Assembly: GCA_011051565.1 (NCBI GenBank) | Contig: DRKX01000121.1 | Location: 1 to 54,681 of the forward strand | Source of the DNA: Nitrospirota bacterium | Lineage (GTDB): Bacteria > Nitrospirota > Thermodesulfovibrionia > Thermodesulfovibrionales > JdFR-85 | Length of the DNA: 54,681 bases | Reading direction: 5' to 3' | Shown: positions 29,787 to 39,946 of the stretch, in pieces | Layout: each line of letters starts with the position of its first letter | Numbering within the stretch: the stretch's first letter is position 1 | Notes under the pieces: model-generated | Seen by the model: the letters and a program-made list of their open reading frames with translations, nothing else | The model's database searches: none | Told to the model about the DNA's origin: nothing | Program-made: the position numbers and the translations under genes

Positions 29787-30711
29787 TGAGCCTTATCCTC
29801 GGATCGAGGTAGTGGTAGATCACATCAGTAATCAGGTTCACGACGACGAAGACGAGGGTACCCGTTATTATACATCCCATTATGACCGGATAGTCCCTCT
29901 TGATTATCCCCTCCATGGTGAACTTCCCTATGCCGTCCCAGCCGAATATGGTCTCCGTGACTACTGCTCCGTTCAGGTAACTGCCGAAATCGAGGCCTAT
30001 GATGGTGACTATAGGGATTACCGCGTTCCTCAGCACGTGGACCAACTGTACCCTCAGCGCCGACAGCCCCTTTGACCTCGCAGTGGTTACATAGGGCATC
30101 CTGAGTATCTCCAGCACGGTCGTCTTCGTGACCCTCGCCAGTGTCGCCGCAGCAGGTATGGCAAGGACAGCGGCTGGGAGGACGAGAAACCTGATACCCC
30201 CGGTGCCGGACGGAGGCAGGAGCTTGAGCTTGAGGCTGAATAACATCATGATGATTATCGCACTCCAGAACACCGGGATGCTCAACCCGGAGATCGAGAG
30301 GGTGTCGATCAACCTCTCAAGGAACCTCGACCTGCCCCCGGCTGACACGGCCGAGAGGAACCCCAACCCTGTTCCCAGGGGGACGGTTACGAGCATGGCC
30401 GCAAAGGCGAGCAGCATGGTGTTTGGAAACTTGCGGGAGATATCGGCCAGCACATCCCTGTTGGTGTAATACGACCTGCCGAGGTCCCCCTTGAGGAGAA
30501 GCTTCAGATAACCCGCGTACTGTCCAACGAATCCCTTGTCCGTGCCGAGTTCCCTCCTCATGCTCTCCATCGTCTCAGGATCCGCCCTCTCTCCGACGAG
30601 CCCGAGCACCGGATCCCCCGGCAGCGCCTTGAGCAGGAAGAAGGCGAATAGCGTGATGGCGAACATCAGGGGAACGAGTAGCATGAGCCTCTTCAGGATG
30701 TATCCCTTGAT
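29770..30711 (-). CDS. Peptide/nickel ABC transporter permease (DppB/OppB type), probable ATC start
   Basis: LPGDP, GDLGRS, YVTTARSKGL, HVLRNA, ETIFGWDGIG, RDYP, LDPRIR. An in-frame KGYILKRL N-terminus and AAGGAGGA precede ATC at 30711; the first ATG is at 30684. Confidence 0.9.
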   Translation of the reverse strand: MKGYILKRLMLLVPLMFAITLFAFFLLKALPGDPVLGLVGERADPETMESMRRELGTDKGFVGQYAGYLKLLLKGDLGRSYYTNRDVLADISRKFPNTMLLAFAAMLVTVPLGTGLGFLSAVSAGGRSRFLERLIDTLSISGLSIPVFWSAIIIMMLFSLKLKLLPPSGTGGIRFLVLPAAVLAIPAAATLARVTKTTVLEILRMPYVTTARSKGLSALRVQLVHVLRNAVIPIVTIIGLDFGSYLNGAVVTETIFGWDGIGKFTMEGIIKRDYPVIMGCIITGTLVFVVVNLITDVIYHYLDPRIRLNVKKG

Positions 30712-30760
30712 ATCGAGTCCTCCTTGTCTTCGGGTGTTCGGTTGCGGTCTTCGCGAGAGA

Positions 30761-32368
30761 TCACCGTCGAACCGCAGACGAGTCTATCATTATATCGGTG
30801 CCCTTGTCCATGCTGTATACCGGGTAGACCCTGCAGCCCTTTATCCACGGCTGTGTAATCACATAGTCGGTCTTGTGCCAGAAGAAGACCCAAGGTGAAT
30901 CCTCAATTATGATCTCCTCGGCCTTCTGATAGAAGTAGTCCCTCTCCTCTTCATCCACTGCATACTGGCCCTTCTCGATCAATGAATCGACCTCTCTGTT
31001 TACGTATCTCACCCTGTTTCCTCCGGGGCCGAGGTTCCTGGAGTGGAAGAGGGGAAAGAGGAAGTTTTCAGGGTCGGGATAGTCGGCCCACCAGCTCAGC
31101 CAGAACATGTCTGGCTCCCCCTTGTTCACAGCATCCTTGTAAGCGCTCCACTCGAGCTGCCTTATGTTGACGTTGATCCCCACCCTCGCGAGATATGCCT
31201 GGATTATCTCCGCCAGGTCCACGACCTCCCTGTCTGCACTCACGTACATGTCAACCTCCAGATCCTCCAGCCCCTTCTTGCGAATCATCCTCCTCGCCCT
31301 CTCCGGGTCGTATTCTATCGGCCTCCCTGTCTTCCACCTCCTGAGCAGGTGGGGGACGGGCCCTTCGGCCAGGCGGCCCCTGCCCTCGTAGAAAGTGTTC
31401 AGTATCTTCTCCCTGTCGATCGCGTATGAGACCGCCCTCCTCAGTTCAGGGTCATCGAACGGGGGTCTCGATGAGTTCATGCCGAGGTAGTAGGTGTTCA
31501 GCCCCTCGCGGGACAGGATGTACCTGCTCCACTTCTCGTCGTTCTTGAACCTTGCGTAGGCGGTTGCTGGCAAGGCAATGACGTCGAGATTGCCGAGCAT
31601 GAATTCGGTTACTGCGGTGAGGTCCTCGGCGATTATCCTGTAAGCGATCCCCTTCACCCTGCTCCGGCCGCCGAAGTAGTCGTGCCTCCTTGCGAGGAGC
31701 AGTTCCCTGTCGGGCAGCCACTCCTTCAAGGTGAACGGACCGGTGCCGGATGGGCGGCTCGAGAAATCCGCGCCCAGTTTCTCGACCTCTTCACGCGGAA
31801 CAACATAGGCAGGCGGCATTGTGAGCATGCTCAGAAACGGTGAAAACGGTCTTTTCAGGGTGATCTCGAAGACGTAATCACCCTTTGCCTTGAAGCCCCT
31901 CACCTCACCCGCCCTACCCTTCAGAAACTCCTCTGCGCCCTCCACCTTGTCAAAGACCCATGTGTTCGGAGACCTCGTGGACGGATCGAGCACTCGCTCG
32001 AAGGAATACTTGAAATCAGAGGCCTTGACCTCTCGTCCGTTCGTAAACCGCACGCCCCTCCTGAGAAGAAACGTATACCGGAGGCCGTCCTCGGATATGC
32101 TCCACTTCCGCGCAATGTCCGGGGCTATCCCGAGCCCGTCGTCGAGCCTGACGAGCCCGTTGTATAGCTTGGCTGCGATCGCAGCGCTCGAGACATCGGC
32201 TATCAGGGCGGGGTCGAGAGTGGATGGCGAGGCATTCAGCCTGTAGTAGACATACCCTTCGAGACGGTTCGATGATGTGCAGGAGAGGGGCTGGACCACA
32301 AGCGCAAGCACGAGCAGGATTCCGCCTATGGTCTTTGCCGGGTCAAAGCTCATGAGAGGATGCCGCAC
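30761..32368 (-). CDS. Peptide ABC transporter substrate-binding protein (family 5), probable lipoprotein
   Basis: Lipobox-like PLSC, TLDPA, LYNGLV, YTFLLRRGVRF, GTGPF, RRAVSYAIDR, WWADYPDPENFL. Confidence 0.93.
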   Translation of the reverse strand: MRHPLMSFDPAKTIGGILLVLALVVQPLSCTSSNRLEGYVYYRLNASPSTLDPALIADVSSAAIAAKLYNGLVRLDDGLGIAPDIARKWSISEDGLRYTFLLRRGVRFTNGREVKASDFKYSFERVLDPSTRSPNTWVFDKVEGAEEFLKGRAGEVRGFKAKGDYVFEITLKRPFSPFLSMLTMPPAYVVPREEVEKLGADFSSRPSGTGPFTLKEWLPDRELLLARRHDYFGGRSRVKGIAYRIIAEDLTAVTEFMLGNLDVIALPATAYARFKNDEKWSRYILSREGLNTYYLGMNSSRPPFDDPELRRAVSYAIDREKILNTFYEGRGRLAEGPVPHLLRRWKTGRPIEYDPERARRMIRKKGLEDLEVDMYVSADREVVDLAEIIQAYLARVGINVNIRQLEWSAYKDAVNKGEPDMFWLSWWADYPDPENFLFPLFHSRNLGPGGNRVRYVNREVDSLIEKGQYAVDEEERDYFYQKAEEIIIEDSPWVFFWHKTDYVITQPWIKGCRVYPVYSMDKGTDIMIDSSAVRR

Positions 32369-32489
32369 ATGCCCTGATGGATTTCTTTACGGCAGAGACC
32401 TCCATAGCGGAATACTAACATATGGAAAAAACGGATTTCAACCGCAGCCTCATCACTTCAGGAGGGCTCCGGAATGACCCCCGTGGCCG

Positions 32490-33284
32490 TCACAGGTCCA
32501 TGCCGAACATTATGCCGAAGATATCGGCCTTAGACTCGGGCTGCCAGACCTGGACCCCGCTTACGGTTACAGGGTCTGATTTCGTGAACCTCATGCCCTC
32601 GTAAAAGAGGCTGGCCCTGAACCTGCTCCACGCGAGTCCTGTTTCAGCGAACCCGGAAGGCGCGTTGCCGGGCTCTACCGTCACGGTCGAGATTCCGATG
32701 ACGCTCAAGTCGACCTCATTTTCTGTAATCAGTGGGATCTTCACACCGGCCTCGGCAAAGGCCGTGAGCAGTCCTGTGCCGATATACTCGCCGCGGATTC
32801 CGAACCTCGTGTAGAGGCTCCACCACGTCTCCTGGTAGCCGATCGCGACGTCCGAATCCTGGATGTCCCGCTGCCACCACCTGTAACCGGCGCCGGCGAA
32901 CGGTTCAATCCGGAACCTCTCCGACACGACGGCCCTCCAGCCGAGGTCTGCCTCTGCCTTGAGCCCGGCATAGTTCGTATCCGTCTCCACCGCTGTTCCC
33001 GACTGGGTCTGCCCGTCATAACCAACGGTTCCGCCGAAGAGTTCGGCCCTGCCGTCGAGCACCAAGGGAGCCGCAGTATCCGGCCCGACAGAGACACCCA
33101 CGGCATAGATCGGGCCTGATTCCTTCAGCAGTCGTGAGCCGCTGTCATCGTATTCCTCCCAAGTGAAGTTCTCGACCTTCAGGTAGATGCCGGGATCAGC
33201 CGCAGGGGCTGGATTGCAGTAAAGGCCCAGGATCAAGACGACGAAGACCATCACGGGTACGCACAGGCTCTTGCCATGTTTCAT
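32490..33284 (-). CDS. Putative outer-membrane beta-barrel protein
   Basis: GGAGGAG RBS before ATG 33284; signal peptide; alternating aromatic/Gly beta strands (PFAGAGYRWWQRDI, FAEAGVK); amphipathic terminal strand. Confidence 0.7.
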   Translation of the reverse strand: MKHGKSLCVPVMVFVVLILGLYCNPAPAADPGIYLKVENFTWEEYDDSGSRLLKESGPIYAVGVSVGPDTAAPLVLDGRAELFGGTVGYDGQTQSGTAVETDTNYAGLKAEADLGWRAVVSERFRIEPFAGAGYRWWQRDIQDSDVAIGYQETWWSLYTRFGIRGEYIGTGLLTAFAEAGVKIPLITENEVDLSVIGISTVTVEPGNAPSGFAETGLAWSRFRASLFYEGMRFTKSDPVTVSGVQVWQPESKADIFGIMFGMDL

Positions 33285-33336
33285 TATTATCTCCTCCCTC
33301 TGCTGAGTATTGGTATTGACAACGGTACAGGCGGTT

Positions 33337-35280
33337 TCATCCACGGATCACCCTGTGTACGGCCGCTGAAAGCTCCCGCGCTGAAAAGGGTTTCTGGATG
33401 AAAGGAATCCCCGGATCAAGGACCCCCTGATGAACGATCACGTTGTCGGTATATCCCGACATGAACAACACCTTGAGTCCTGGCTGTGTCCTGCGCAGCC
33501 GCTCAAGCAGCACGGCACCGCTCATCCCGGGCATGATAACGTCGGTTATGAGAAGGTCGGGTCTCAGCCCGTTCACCTCCACAGCCTCCAGTGCCTCACG
33601 GCCGTCGGCGGCGAGGGTCACCTCGTAGCCGAGACTCTCGAGCTGAACTCCCACGAGTTCCCGTATCGCGTGTTCATCCTCCACCACGAGCACGTGTCCT
33701 GCACCATGCCGAACCTCGAAGTCCGCAGGGCATTCTTGAACAGCCGCCGGGGCGTCATCCGTTTGCGGCAGGTAGATCTTGAAGGTCGTGCCCTTTTCGG
33801 GTTCACTGTAGACCCAGATGTGGCCTCCGGACTGTTTGACGATTCCATATACGGTCGAGAGCCCGAGGCCTGTTCCCCGTCCCATCTCCTTGGTGGAGAA
33901 GAAGGGCTCGAATATCTTTGAGCGGGTCTCCTTGTCCATGCCTGTACCCGTGTCCGTGACGGCGAGCACGACATAGGGGCCGGGGACGACGCCTGCATGA
34001 AGCCTGCCGTATTCTTCGTCCAGTTCCACGTTGGCCGTCTCGATGATGAGTTCACCTCCGTTGGGCATGGCGTCTCTGGCATTCACGGCGAGGTTCATGA
34101 CGACCTGTTCGATCTGGCCTGCATCCGCCTTTACGAGGCCGAGGTCTTCCGAAAAGACGGTCAGGAGCTCGATATCCTCGCCGATCAGCCTCTTCAGCAG
34201 TCCCTGCTGGCCGTCAAGCAGCCTGTTGAGGTCGAGAACCTCGGGCTGCAGGGCCTGCTTGCGACTGAAGGCGAGAAGCTGGTGTATGAGGTTTGCTCCG
34301 CGGTGACACGCATCGAGTATCTTGTCGAGATCCTGCCGGAGTGGATCGCCTTCTGAGAGTGTGCCGAGGATGACCTCTCCGTAGCCGAGGACCACGGTGA
34401 GGAGATTGTTGAAGTCGTGCGCAACGCCTCCTGCAAGAAGGCCGACGGCTTCCAGTTTCTGTGCCTGGCGGTACTGTTCCTCCAGCCTCGATCGCTCGGT
34501 TATGTCCTCGATGGAGAGCAGTATCATCTGTGTGTCGCCGGCCTTGCGGTGAATGCGTCGCGCATTCAACAGCATGATGCGCCTGCCGATATGCTCGAAG
34601 TCGTGATCAACCCTGAAGTCGTTGAAGTTCGTGTCGTGCGGCAGGATGTCCTCGAGCAGTTCACGGAGTCTCGGGATGTTCCACTGTCCGTTACCGAGAT
34701 CGTATATGTACTTGCCGTGGGTCTCCTCCTCGCCGACCTCGAACGTCCGGTAGAACGGAAGGTTTGCGGAGATGACTCTCAGGTCGGCGCTCAGGACGAG
34801 GAGTGGTTCGCGGATTGTGGCGACTATGCTTTCAGCGAATTCTCTCGCCTCCTGCAGGGCCAGCTCGGCCTTGCGGGCCTCTGTCCGATCCCTGAAGACG
34901 AGGACCACGCCCAGGATTTCACCAGATTCATTCTTGACCGGGGCGCCGCTGTCGGCAATTGGAATCTCCGAGCCGTCCCTCGAGATGAGCAGCGTGTGAT
35001 TGGCCAATCCCACCACCCGGCCTTCGCGCAGGACCTTCTCAGCCGGGTTTTCGACCGCCCTGCGGTCCTCTTCGCTGATTATACGGAAGACACTATCGAG
35101 CGGTCTTCCGAGTGCGTCATTTTTCGTCCAGCCGGTCAGTCTTTCGGATACTGGATTGAGATACTGCACTGTACCGTGCCTGTCGCTGACCATCACTGCA
35201 TCACCGATGCTCTCGCAGACGGCGTGGAACCACTTCTCGTCCACGTTGGAGGCGTTGTCAGGTTCATGTCGATCTTCCAT
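33337..35280 (-). CDS. Hybrid PAS-PAS sensor histidine kinase / response regulator
   Basis: Two PAS/PAC domains, H-box AHDFNNLL, NARDAM, DTGTGM, FEPFFSTK, GTGLGL, C-terminal REC (VVEDE, TDVIMP, KPF). Cytoplasmic; start ATG 35280 after GGAGGGG. Confidence 0.93.
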   Translation of the reverse strand: MEDRHEPDNASNVDEKWFHAVCESIGDAVMVSDRHGTVQYLNPVSERLTGWTKNDALGRPLDSVFRIISEEDRRAVENPAEKVLREGRVVGLANHTLLISRDGSEIPIADSGAPVKNESGEILGVVLVFRDRTEARKAELALQEAREFAESIVATIREPLLVLSADLRVISANLPFYRTFEVGEEETHGKYIYDLGNGQWNIPRLRELLEDILPHDTNFNDFRVDHDFEHIGRRIMLLNARRIHRKAGDTQMILLSIEDITERSRLEEQYRQAQKLEAVGLLAGGVAHDFNNLLTVVLGYGEVILGTLSEGDPLRQDLDKILDACHRGANLIHQLLAFSRKQALQPEVLDLNRLLDGQQGLLKRLIGEDIELLTVFSEDLGLVKADAGQIEQVVMNLAVNARDAMPNGGELIIETANVELDEEYGRLHAGVVPGPYVVLAVTDTGTGMDKETRSKIFEPFFSTKEMGRGTGLGLSTVYGIVKQSGGHIWVYSEPEKGTTFKIYLPQTDDAPAAVQECPADFEVRHGAGHVLVVEDEHAIRELVGVQLESLGYEVTLAADGREALEAVEVNGLRPDLLITDVIMPGMSGAVLLERLRRTQPGLKVLFMSGYTDNVIVHQGVLDPGIPFIQKPFSARELSAAVHRVIRG

Positions 35281-35404
35281 AACGGTCCCCCTCCCAAGTG
35301 CTGGTTGAACTGTAAGGATTAAGGATGCAATGTCGACATCATGCCCGCGGGTTCCCTCCTGGCAAGAAAGCGACAGGGACAACTTACGGGATCAAACACG
35401 TAAA

Positions 35405-35433
35405 ATAGTATCATATCCCGTGCTCAAAAGCAA
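35405..35433 (-). promoter_or_regulatory. Putative sigma-70 promoter for the hybrid kinase
   Basis: TTGCTT-N17-TACTAT with an extended TG. Confidence 0.45.
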
Positions 35434-35479
35434 CAAGATTTCGCTGAAAGGGCTTATCCCCAGATGCTACGCAAGGATT

Positions 35480-36163
35480 CTACACCACCGCACTCAGAAA
35501 GCCCAGGAAGGCCTCCCTCTCCTCCAGGCTCTCCAGCACGAGGTCCGCACCCGCCTCTGCGAGGGCGTCCCTGCCGTATGGTCCAGTGCAGACGGCGATG
35601 CACGAAGCTCCGTGAACCCGCGCGCACCTGACATCCCTCGGAGTATCGCCGATGACTATGCACCTCTCGGGAGGAACCCTTATGCCGAGCGCGGAGAATC
35701 TCTTCACCGCGACGGGCAACAGCATGTCCCTGTCCTCGTGGTCGCTGCCGAATGCGCCGGCGGTAAAGTACCCGTAGAGGCCTATCGAGCCGAGTTTTAT
35801 CCGTGCACCCTCCTCTATGTTCCCGGTCAGAAGGCCGGTCGGCACGCCGCCTGCCTTGAGGACCTCGAGCAGGTCGACGACGCCGGCCATCACGCTCCGT
35901 TCCGGGTTCTCTATCTCTTCGGCCAGCAGGGCCGTGTAAGCACGGATCACCCGTTCGACCTCACGGGGGCCGTCGGAGAGGCCGTGCATCCTGAGGCATT
36001 CCCTGATTATCTGGATATCGGTCTTTCCCGCCATGCTGATCCCCTCGAACGCGCCCCTCAGGCCGAAGAGGTCCAGGAACGCCCTGTCGAGGGCCCTCGT
36101 GCCAGCCCTCCCCGAATCCATCAGGGTGCCGTCGATATCGAACAAGACGAGCCTGCTGATCAT
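35480..36163 (-). CDS. HAD-superfamily hydrolase (phosphoglycolate-phosphatase-like)
   Basis: LFDIDGTL, GKTD, LLTGN, GAFGSD, IGDTPRD; ATG 36163 overlaps the upstream permease stop. Confidence 0.9.
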   Translation of the reverse strand: MISRLVLFDIDGTLMDSGRAGTRALDRAFLDLFGLRGAFEGISMAGKTDIQIIRECLRMHGLSDGPREVERVIRAYTALLAEEIENPERSVMAGVVDLLEVLKAGGVPTGLLTGNIEEGARIKLGSIGLYGYFTAGAFGSDHEDRDMLLPVAVKRFSALGIRVPPERCIVIGDTPRDVRCARVHGASCIAVCTGPYGRDALAEAGADLVLESLEEREAFLGFLSAVV

Positions 36164-36990
36164 CGCCTCTCCCAGAGTCTCGGATCTAAGGCGTCTCTCA
36201 ATCCCTCGCCGAGGAGGTTGTAGGACAGCACCGTAACGAGTATGGCCGCCCCGGGGAACACGGAGAGCCACCATGCGATCTCGATGTTGGCCTTGCCCGC
36301 CGTGAGAATATTGCCCCAGCTCGGCATCGGCGGCTGGACCCCGATGCCGAGAAAGCTCAGAGACGACTCGAGGAGCACTGCGGACGCAACGCCGAGCACG
36401 GCGGAGACTATAACCGGCGCAAGGCTGTTGGGTAGCATGTGCCTGAGTATTATCCTCGTGTCTGAGGCGCCGACAGCCCTTGCGGCGAGTATGTACTCCC
36501 TCGACTTCAGGGAGAGGAACTCGGCCCTCACGAGCCTCGCCACGCCCATCCAGGATGTCAGCCCGATTATGAACATGATATTCCATATGCTTGGGCCCAC
36601 GAAGGCGATGACAGCGAGGATCAAGAAGAACGACGGTATCGAGAGCATCACGTCCACGAACCTCATGATCAGCCTGTCGGCGATGCCGCCGTAGTAGCCG
36701 GCCACGGCACCCATCATCATCCCTATGAGCGTTGAGATTCCCACGGCCACGAACCCCACGGACAACGAGACCCGTGCACCGTAGAGCATCCGGCTGAGGA
36801 CGTCCCTGCCTATGTCGTCGGTGCCGAGCGGATGGAGTCTGCCCGGAGGCTCGAGCACGTGGTATCTGTCGATATAGTCGGGCTCATACGGGGCAAGCAC
36901 GGGTGCAAGCAGTGCCACGATAAAGAGCAGCGCCACGAGAATACCACCTGCCACGGCGAGCCTGTTGCGTGTGAACCTCTCTCTAAGCAT
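36160..36990 (-). CDS. Peptide ABC transporter permease (OppC/DppC type)
   Basis: HPLGTDDIGRDVLSR, ARLVRAEFLSLK, YILAARAVG, LSFLGIG, PSWG, GEGLRDALDP. Confidence 0.94.
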   Translation of the reverse strand: MLRERFTRNRLAVAGGILVALLFIVALLAPVLAPYEPDYIDRYHVLEPPGRLHPLGTDDIGRDVLSRMLYGARVSLSVGFVAVGISTLIGMMMGAVAGYYGGIADRLIMRFVDVMLSIPSFFLILAVIAFVGPSIWNIMFIIGLTSWMGVARLVRAEFLSLKSREYILAARAVGASDTRIILRHMLPNSLAPVIVSAVLGVASAVLLESSLSFLGIGVQPPMPSWGNILTAGKANIEIAWWLSVFPGAAILVTVLSYNLLGEGLRDALDPRLWERR

Positions 36991-36995
36991 TTACG

Positions 36996-37970
36996 TTATC
37001 TCCTCCTGATTCTCGGGTCGGCCACTGCGTAGCAGAGGTCGGCAAGCATGTTGCCGATCAGCGTCAGTACCGCGCCGATGGTGAGCAGCCCCATTATCAG
37101 CGGATAATCCCTCTGCATAACCGACATCCAGAAGAGCCGTCCCATGCCTGGGATGCTGAATATCTGCTCGAATATCACGCTCCCGCCTATCAGTCCGGGA
37201 ACGGAGAGGCCGAGCAGCGTTATGATGGGGAGCAGCGCGTTCCTCAAGGCGTGCCTGTAGATGACCTTGCTCTCCGGCAACCCCTTTGCCCTCGCCGTGA
37301 CGATGTAGTCCTGCCTTACGACCTCGAGCATGCTGCTTCGCATGTACCTCGATATGCCGGCGATGCCGCCGAAGGCCGATACAAAGACCGGCAGGACGAG
37401 GTGTTTCGCCAGGTCCATCACCTTGCCTCCGGCAGAGAGTGTTTCGTAGTTCATGGACCTGAGACCGGATATGGGCAACCAGTTCAGGTATACGCCGAAG
37501 AGCATCATCAGCAGAATGCCGAGCCAGAATGCCGGCATTGCAAATCCAATAAAGACGCCCACCGTCGTTATCTTGTCATACAGGGAATAGCGGCGCGTCG
37601 CCGAAGTTATGCCCACCGGCACCGCCACCAGGAATATGAGCATCATGCTGAGGAGGTTGATCGATACGGTGACCGGGAGTCTCTCCCTTATCTTCTCCCA
37701 TACGGGCCGCCTGTCCGTGGAGAAGGAGTCCCCGAAGTCGAGCCTCACCACCCGCTTCACCCACAGTAGATACTGAACGATGATGGGCTTGTCGAGTCCG
37801 TAGTACTTCTCGAGTCGCTCCCTCGCCTCCGGCGTTATCTTGGGATTGAGATCGGTCAGCACGTCGGTCGGCTTGCCGGGCGCAAGGTGTATTATGAAGA
37901 AAGACAGGAGGGTTATCCCCACCAGCGTGACCAGTATCTCCGCCAGGCGTTTGCCGAGATAGAGAAACAT
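36996..37970 (-). CDS. Peptide ABC transporter permease (OppB/DppB type)
   Basis: [51 protein letters not shown]. Confidence 0.94.
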   Translation of the reverse strand: MFLYLGKRLAEILVTLVGITLLSFFIIHLAPGKPTDVLTDLNPKITPEARERLEKYYGLDKPIIVQYLLWVKRVVRLDFGDSFSTDRRPVWEKIRERLPVTVSINLLSMMLIFLVAVPVGITSATRRYSLYDKITTVGVFIGFAMPAFWLGILLMMLFGVYLNWLPISGLRSMNYETLSAGGKVMDLAKHLVLPVFVSAFGGIAGISRYMRSSMLEVVRQDYIVTARAKGLPESKVIYRHALRNALLPIITLLGLSVPGLIGGSVIFEQIFSIPGMGRLFWMSVMQRDYPLIMGLLTIGAVLTLIGNMLADLCYAVADPRIRRR

Positions 37971-37986
37971 GAGCCGAACCTGAACC

Positions 37987-38403
37987 CTACTCCTGTATCA
38001 CGCTGTAGGAATATGTGATGTTCGCCACTCCCTCAAGCGTAGCCTTCACCGAGCAGTACCTCTCCATGGAGAGTGTTACCGCCTTCTTGACGGCGTCTTC
38101 CGAGATGTCCCTGCCACGTACGGTGTAGTGGAGGTTTATGTCCGTGAACTTCTTCGGGTGCGCCTCCGCCCTCTTGCCCCGGACCTCGATCTCAAACCCC
38201 GTGACCTCCTGCCTCTTCTTCCTGAGTATGGAGATGACGTCCATGCCCGTGCACCCGCCGAGCCCCATGAGGACGAGTTCCGTCGGCCTCGGGGCAGTGT
38301 CCTCTCCACCGAATTCCGGATCCCCGTCCATGACGATCGAATGTCCCGTGGACCCGTCCGCTACAAACCTGAGTCCGTCTACATACTTTATGGTTGCCTC
38401 CAT
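37987..38403 (-). CDS. OsmC/YhfA family protein
   Basis: [18 protein letters not shown]...ILRKKR and ERYCSV (two conserved Cys). Confidence 0.9.
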   Translation of the reverse strand: MEATIKYVDGLRFVADGSTGHSIVMDGDPEFGGEDTAPRPTELVLMGLGGCTGMDVISILRKKRQEVTGFEIEVRGKRAEAHPKKFTDINLHYTVRGRDISEDAVKKAVTLSMERYCSVKATLEGVANITYSYSVIQE

Positions 38404-38502
38404 GCTCCACCTCCCGTAAGAAAATATAGAGAATTTCGAGTGTGGTGTGACTCGAGGAGTCCGGTAAACCCCTCGATGCTATAGATTATATCACAACCGT
38501 GC

Positions 38503-39027
38503 TCACGAGCAGAAAGTCTTTATGGCTTCCTTGACCTTGTCGAGGTCCACGCGGGTATTGAAGCAGGGGCCGAACGGCCTCTCGTTGGGGATTGCAAGCA
38601 CGGGCATCGGATACGTGTCGACTATACCGCTTGAGAGGTCCCTCTCGCAGGCGACGGCGACAATCGCCTCCGGCCTTGCATCCTTCACGATCCTCCTTGC
38701 AAGCGTGCCCCCGGTGGCCACAAAGAGGGTCAGCCCGTAGTCGTCGGCCAGGTCGATGAGGTCCTTGATCTCGCACCTGCCGCACCTCTTGCAGTTGTAG
38801 ATGTTGTGAGTGAGCCTGATCTCGCACTTGTCTATCTGGATGCAGTGCGGAAGGAGCAGAAGTATCCTCTTCGTCTTGTGGCGCTCCCTGACCACGAGGC
38901 GGTTGTTCATCTCGATGATGAGCCGCTGCAGGTGTTCCTTTTTATCCTTCCTGAAGGCCGACAGGAGCATAAAGACGGGATAGAGCACCTTGAGGACGAA
39001 ACCTCTAATTGTCCTGTAGACTGCCAA
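38503..39027 (-). CDS. DUF116 domain protein
   Basis: LLPHCIQ...C, CKRCGRC, VATGGTLAR, AVACERDL, NERPFGPC; usual neighbour of fmt. Confidence 0.85.
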   Translation of the reverse strand: MAVYRTIRGFVLKVLYPVFMLLSAFRKDKKEHLQRLIIEMNNRLVVRERHKTKRILLLLPHCIQIDKCEIRLTHNIYNCKRCGRCEIKDLIDLADDYGLTLFVATGGTLARRIVKDARPEAIVAVACERDLSSGIVDTYPMPVLAIPNERPFGPCFNTRVDLDKVKEAIKTFCS

Positions 39028-39946
39028 ACCTGTCTCCCACCCTTATGTCTCTCCCGGCACCCTGCAGAAAGGCCCTGACATCCATGGGCTTTCCGCCGGC
39101 CAATTGAATCTCTAATATCCTCACGAGGCCGGCTGAAGCAGCGACGGCCAGTTCAGCCTTACCCCTGCGCACGACCTCACCGGGCCGCCCCCCTCCCTCC
39201 ATGGCCTCCACCTTGAGGAGCTTGAGCATCTTCCCCCTGTAGAAGGTGTATGCGCAGGGCCACGGGTAGAGCCCCCTCACCCTGTTGTATATCGTTAGGG
39301 CCGGCAGTGACCAGTCGATGAGTCCGTCCTCCTTTGTCAGCACCGGGGCATAACTCGGCTCTCCACGCTGTGGGCGGGGTTTCACCGCACCGCTTCGCAC
39401 CCCCCTAAGGGTCTCAACCAGGAGTTCCGCGCCCTCTCGAGCGAGTCTTTCCGAGAGCGTGGCGGCATTGTCGTCCGCTCGTATCTCAACCTCCCTCTGA
39501 AGCAGTATATCCCCTGTATCGAGCCCTTCGTCCATGAGCATGGTCGTGACACCGGTCTTCTTGTCGCCGCTGATGATGGCCCACTGGATCGGGGCCGCCC
39601 CCCTGTGTCTCGGAAGCAGCGAGGCATGAAGGTTTATACAGCCGTTGCGAGGTACGCGGAGCACTCCGGCAGGCAGTATCCTGCCGTAAGCCACAACTAC
39701 AATGAATTCTGGATTCATGGACTCGAGTGTGTGCCTGAAATCATCTGAGCCGATCTTCTCTGGCTGGACGACCGTAAGCCCGTACCTCTCGGCCACGGAC
39801 TTGACAGCAGGAGGAACGGGTCTGTGCCCCCTCCCACCCGGCCTGTCCGGTTGAGTCACTACGAGCACGACATCTTCTCCTGAAGATATCAGCCCCTCGA
39901 GTGCAGGAACCGCAAATATTGGAGTGCCGAAGAAAATTATCGCCAT
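39005..39946 (-). CDS. fmt: Methionyl-tRNA formyltransferase
   Basis: FFGTP.FA, VTQPDRP, VAYG, INLHASLLP..RGAAPI, DEGLDTG. Confidence 0.97.
   Translation of the reverse strand: MAIIFFGTPIFAVPALEGLISSGEDVVLVVTQPDRPGGRGHRPVPPAVKSVAERYGLTVVQPEKIGSDDFRHTLESMNPEFIVVVAYGRILPAGVLRVPRNGCINLHASLLPRHRGAAPIQWAIISGDKKTGVTTMLMDEGLDTGDILLQREVEIRADDNAATLSERLAREGAELLVETLRGVRSGAVKPRPQRGEPSYAPVLTKEDGLIDWSLPALTIYNRVRGLYPWPCAYTFYRGKMLKLLKVEAMEGGGRPGEVVRRGKAELAVAASAGLVRILEIQLAGGKPMDVRAFLQGAGRDIRVGDRFGSLQDN

Noticed and set aside
35480-36586. 368-aa ORF as an extended HAD protein
   Set aside because: The extension overlaps the permease in another frame; HAD motif I begins right after ATG 36163.
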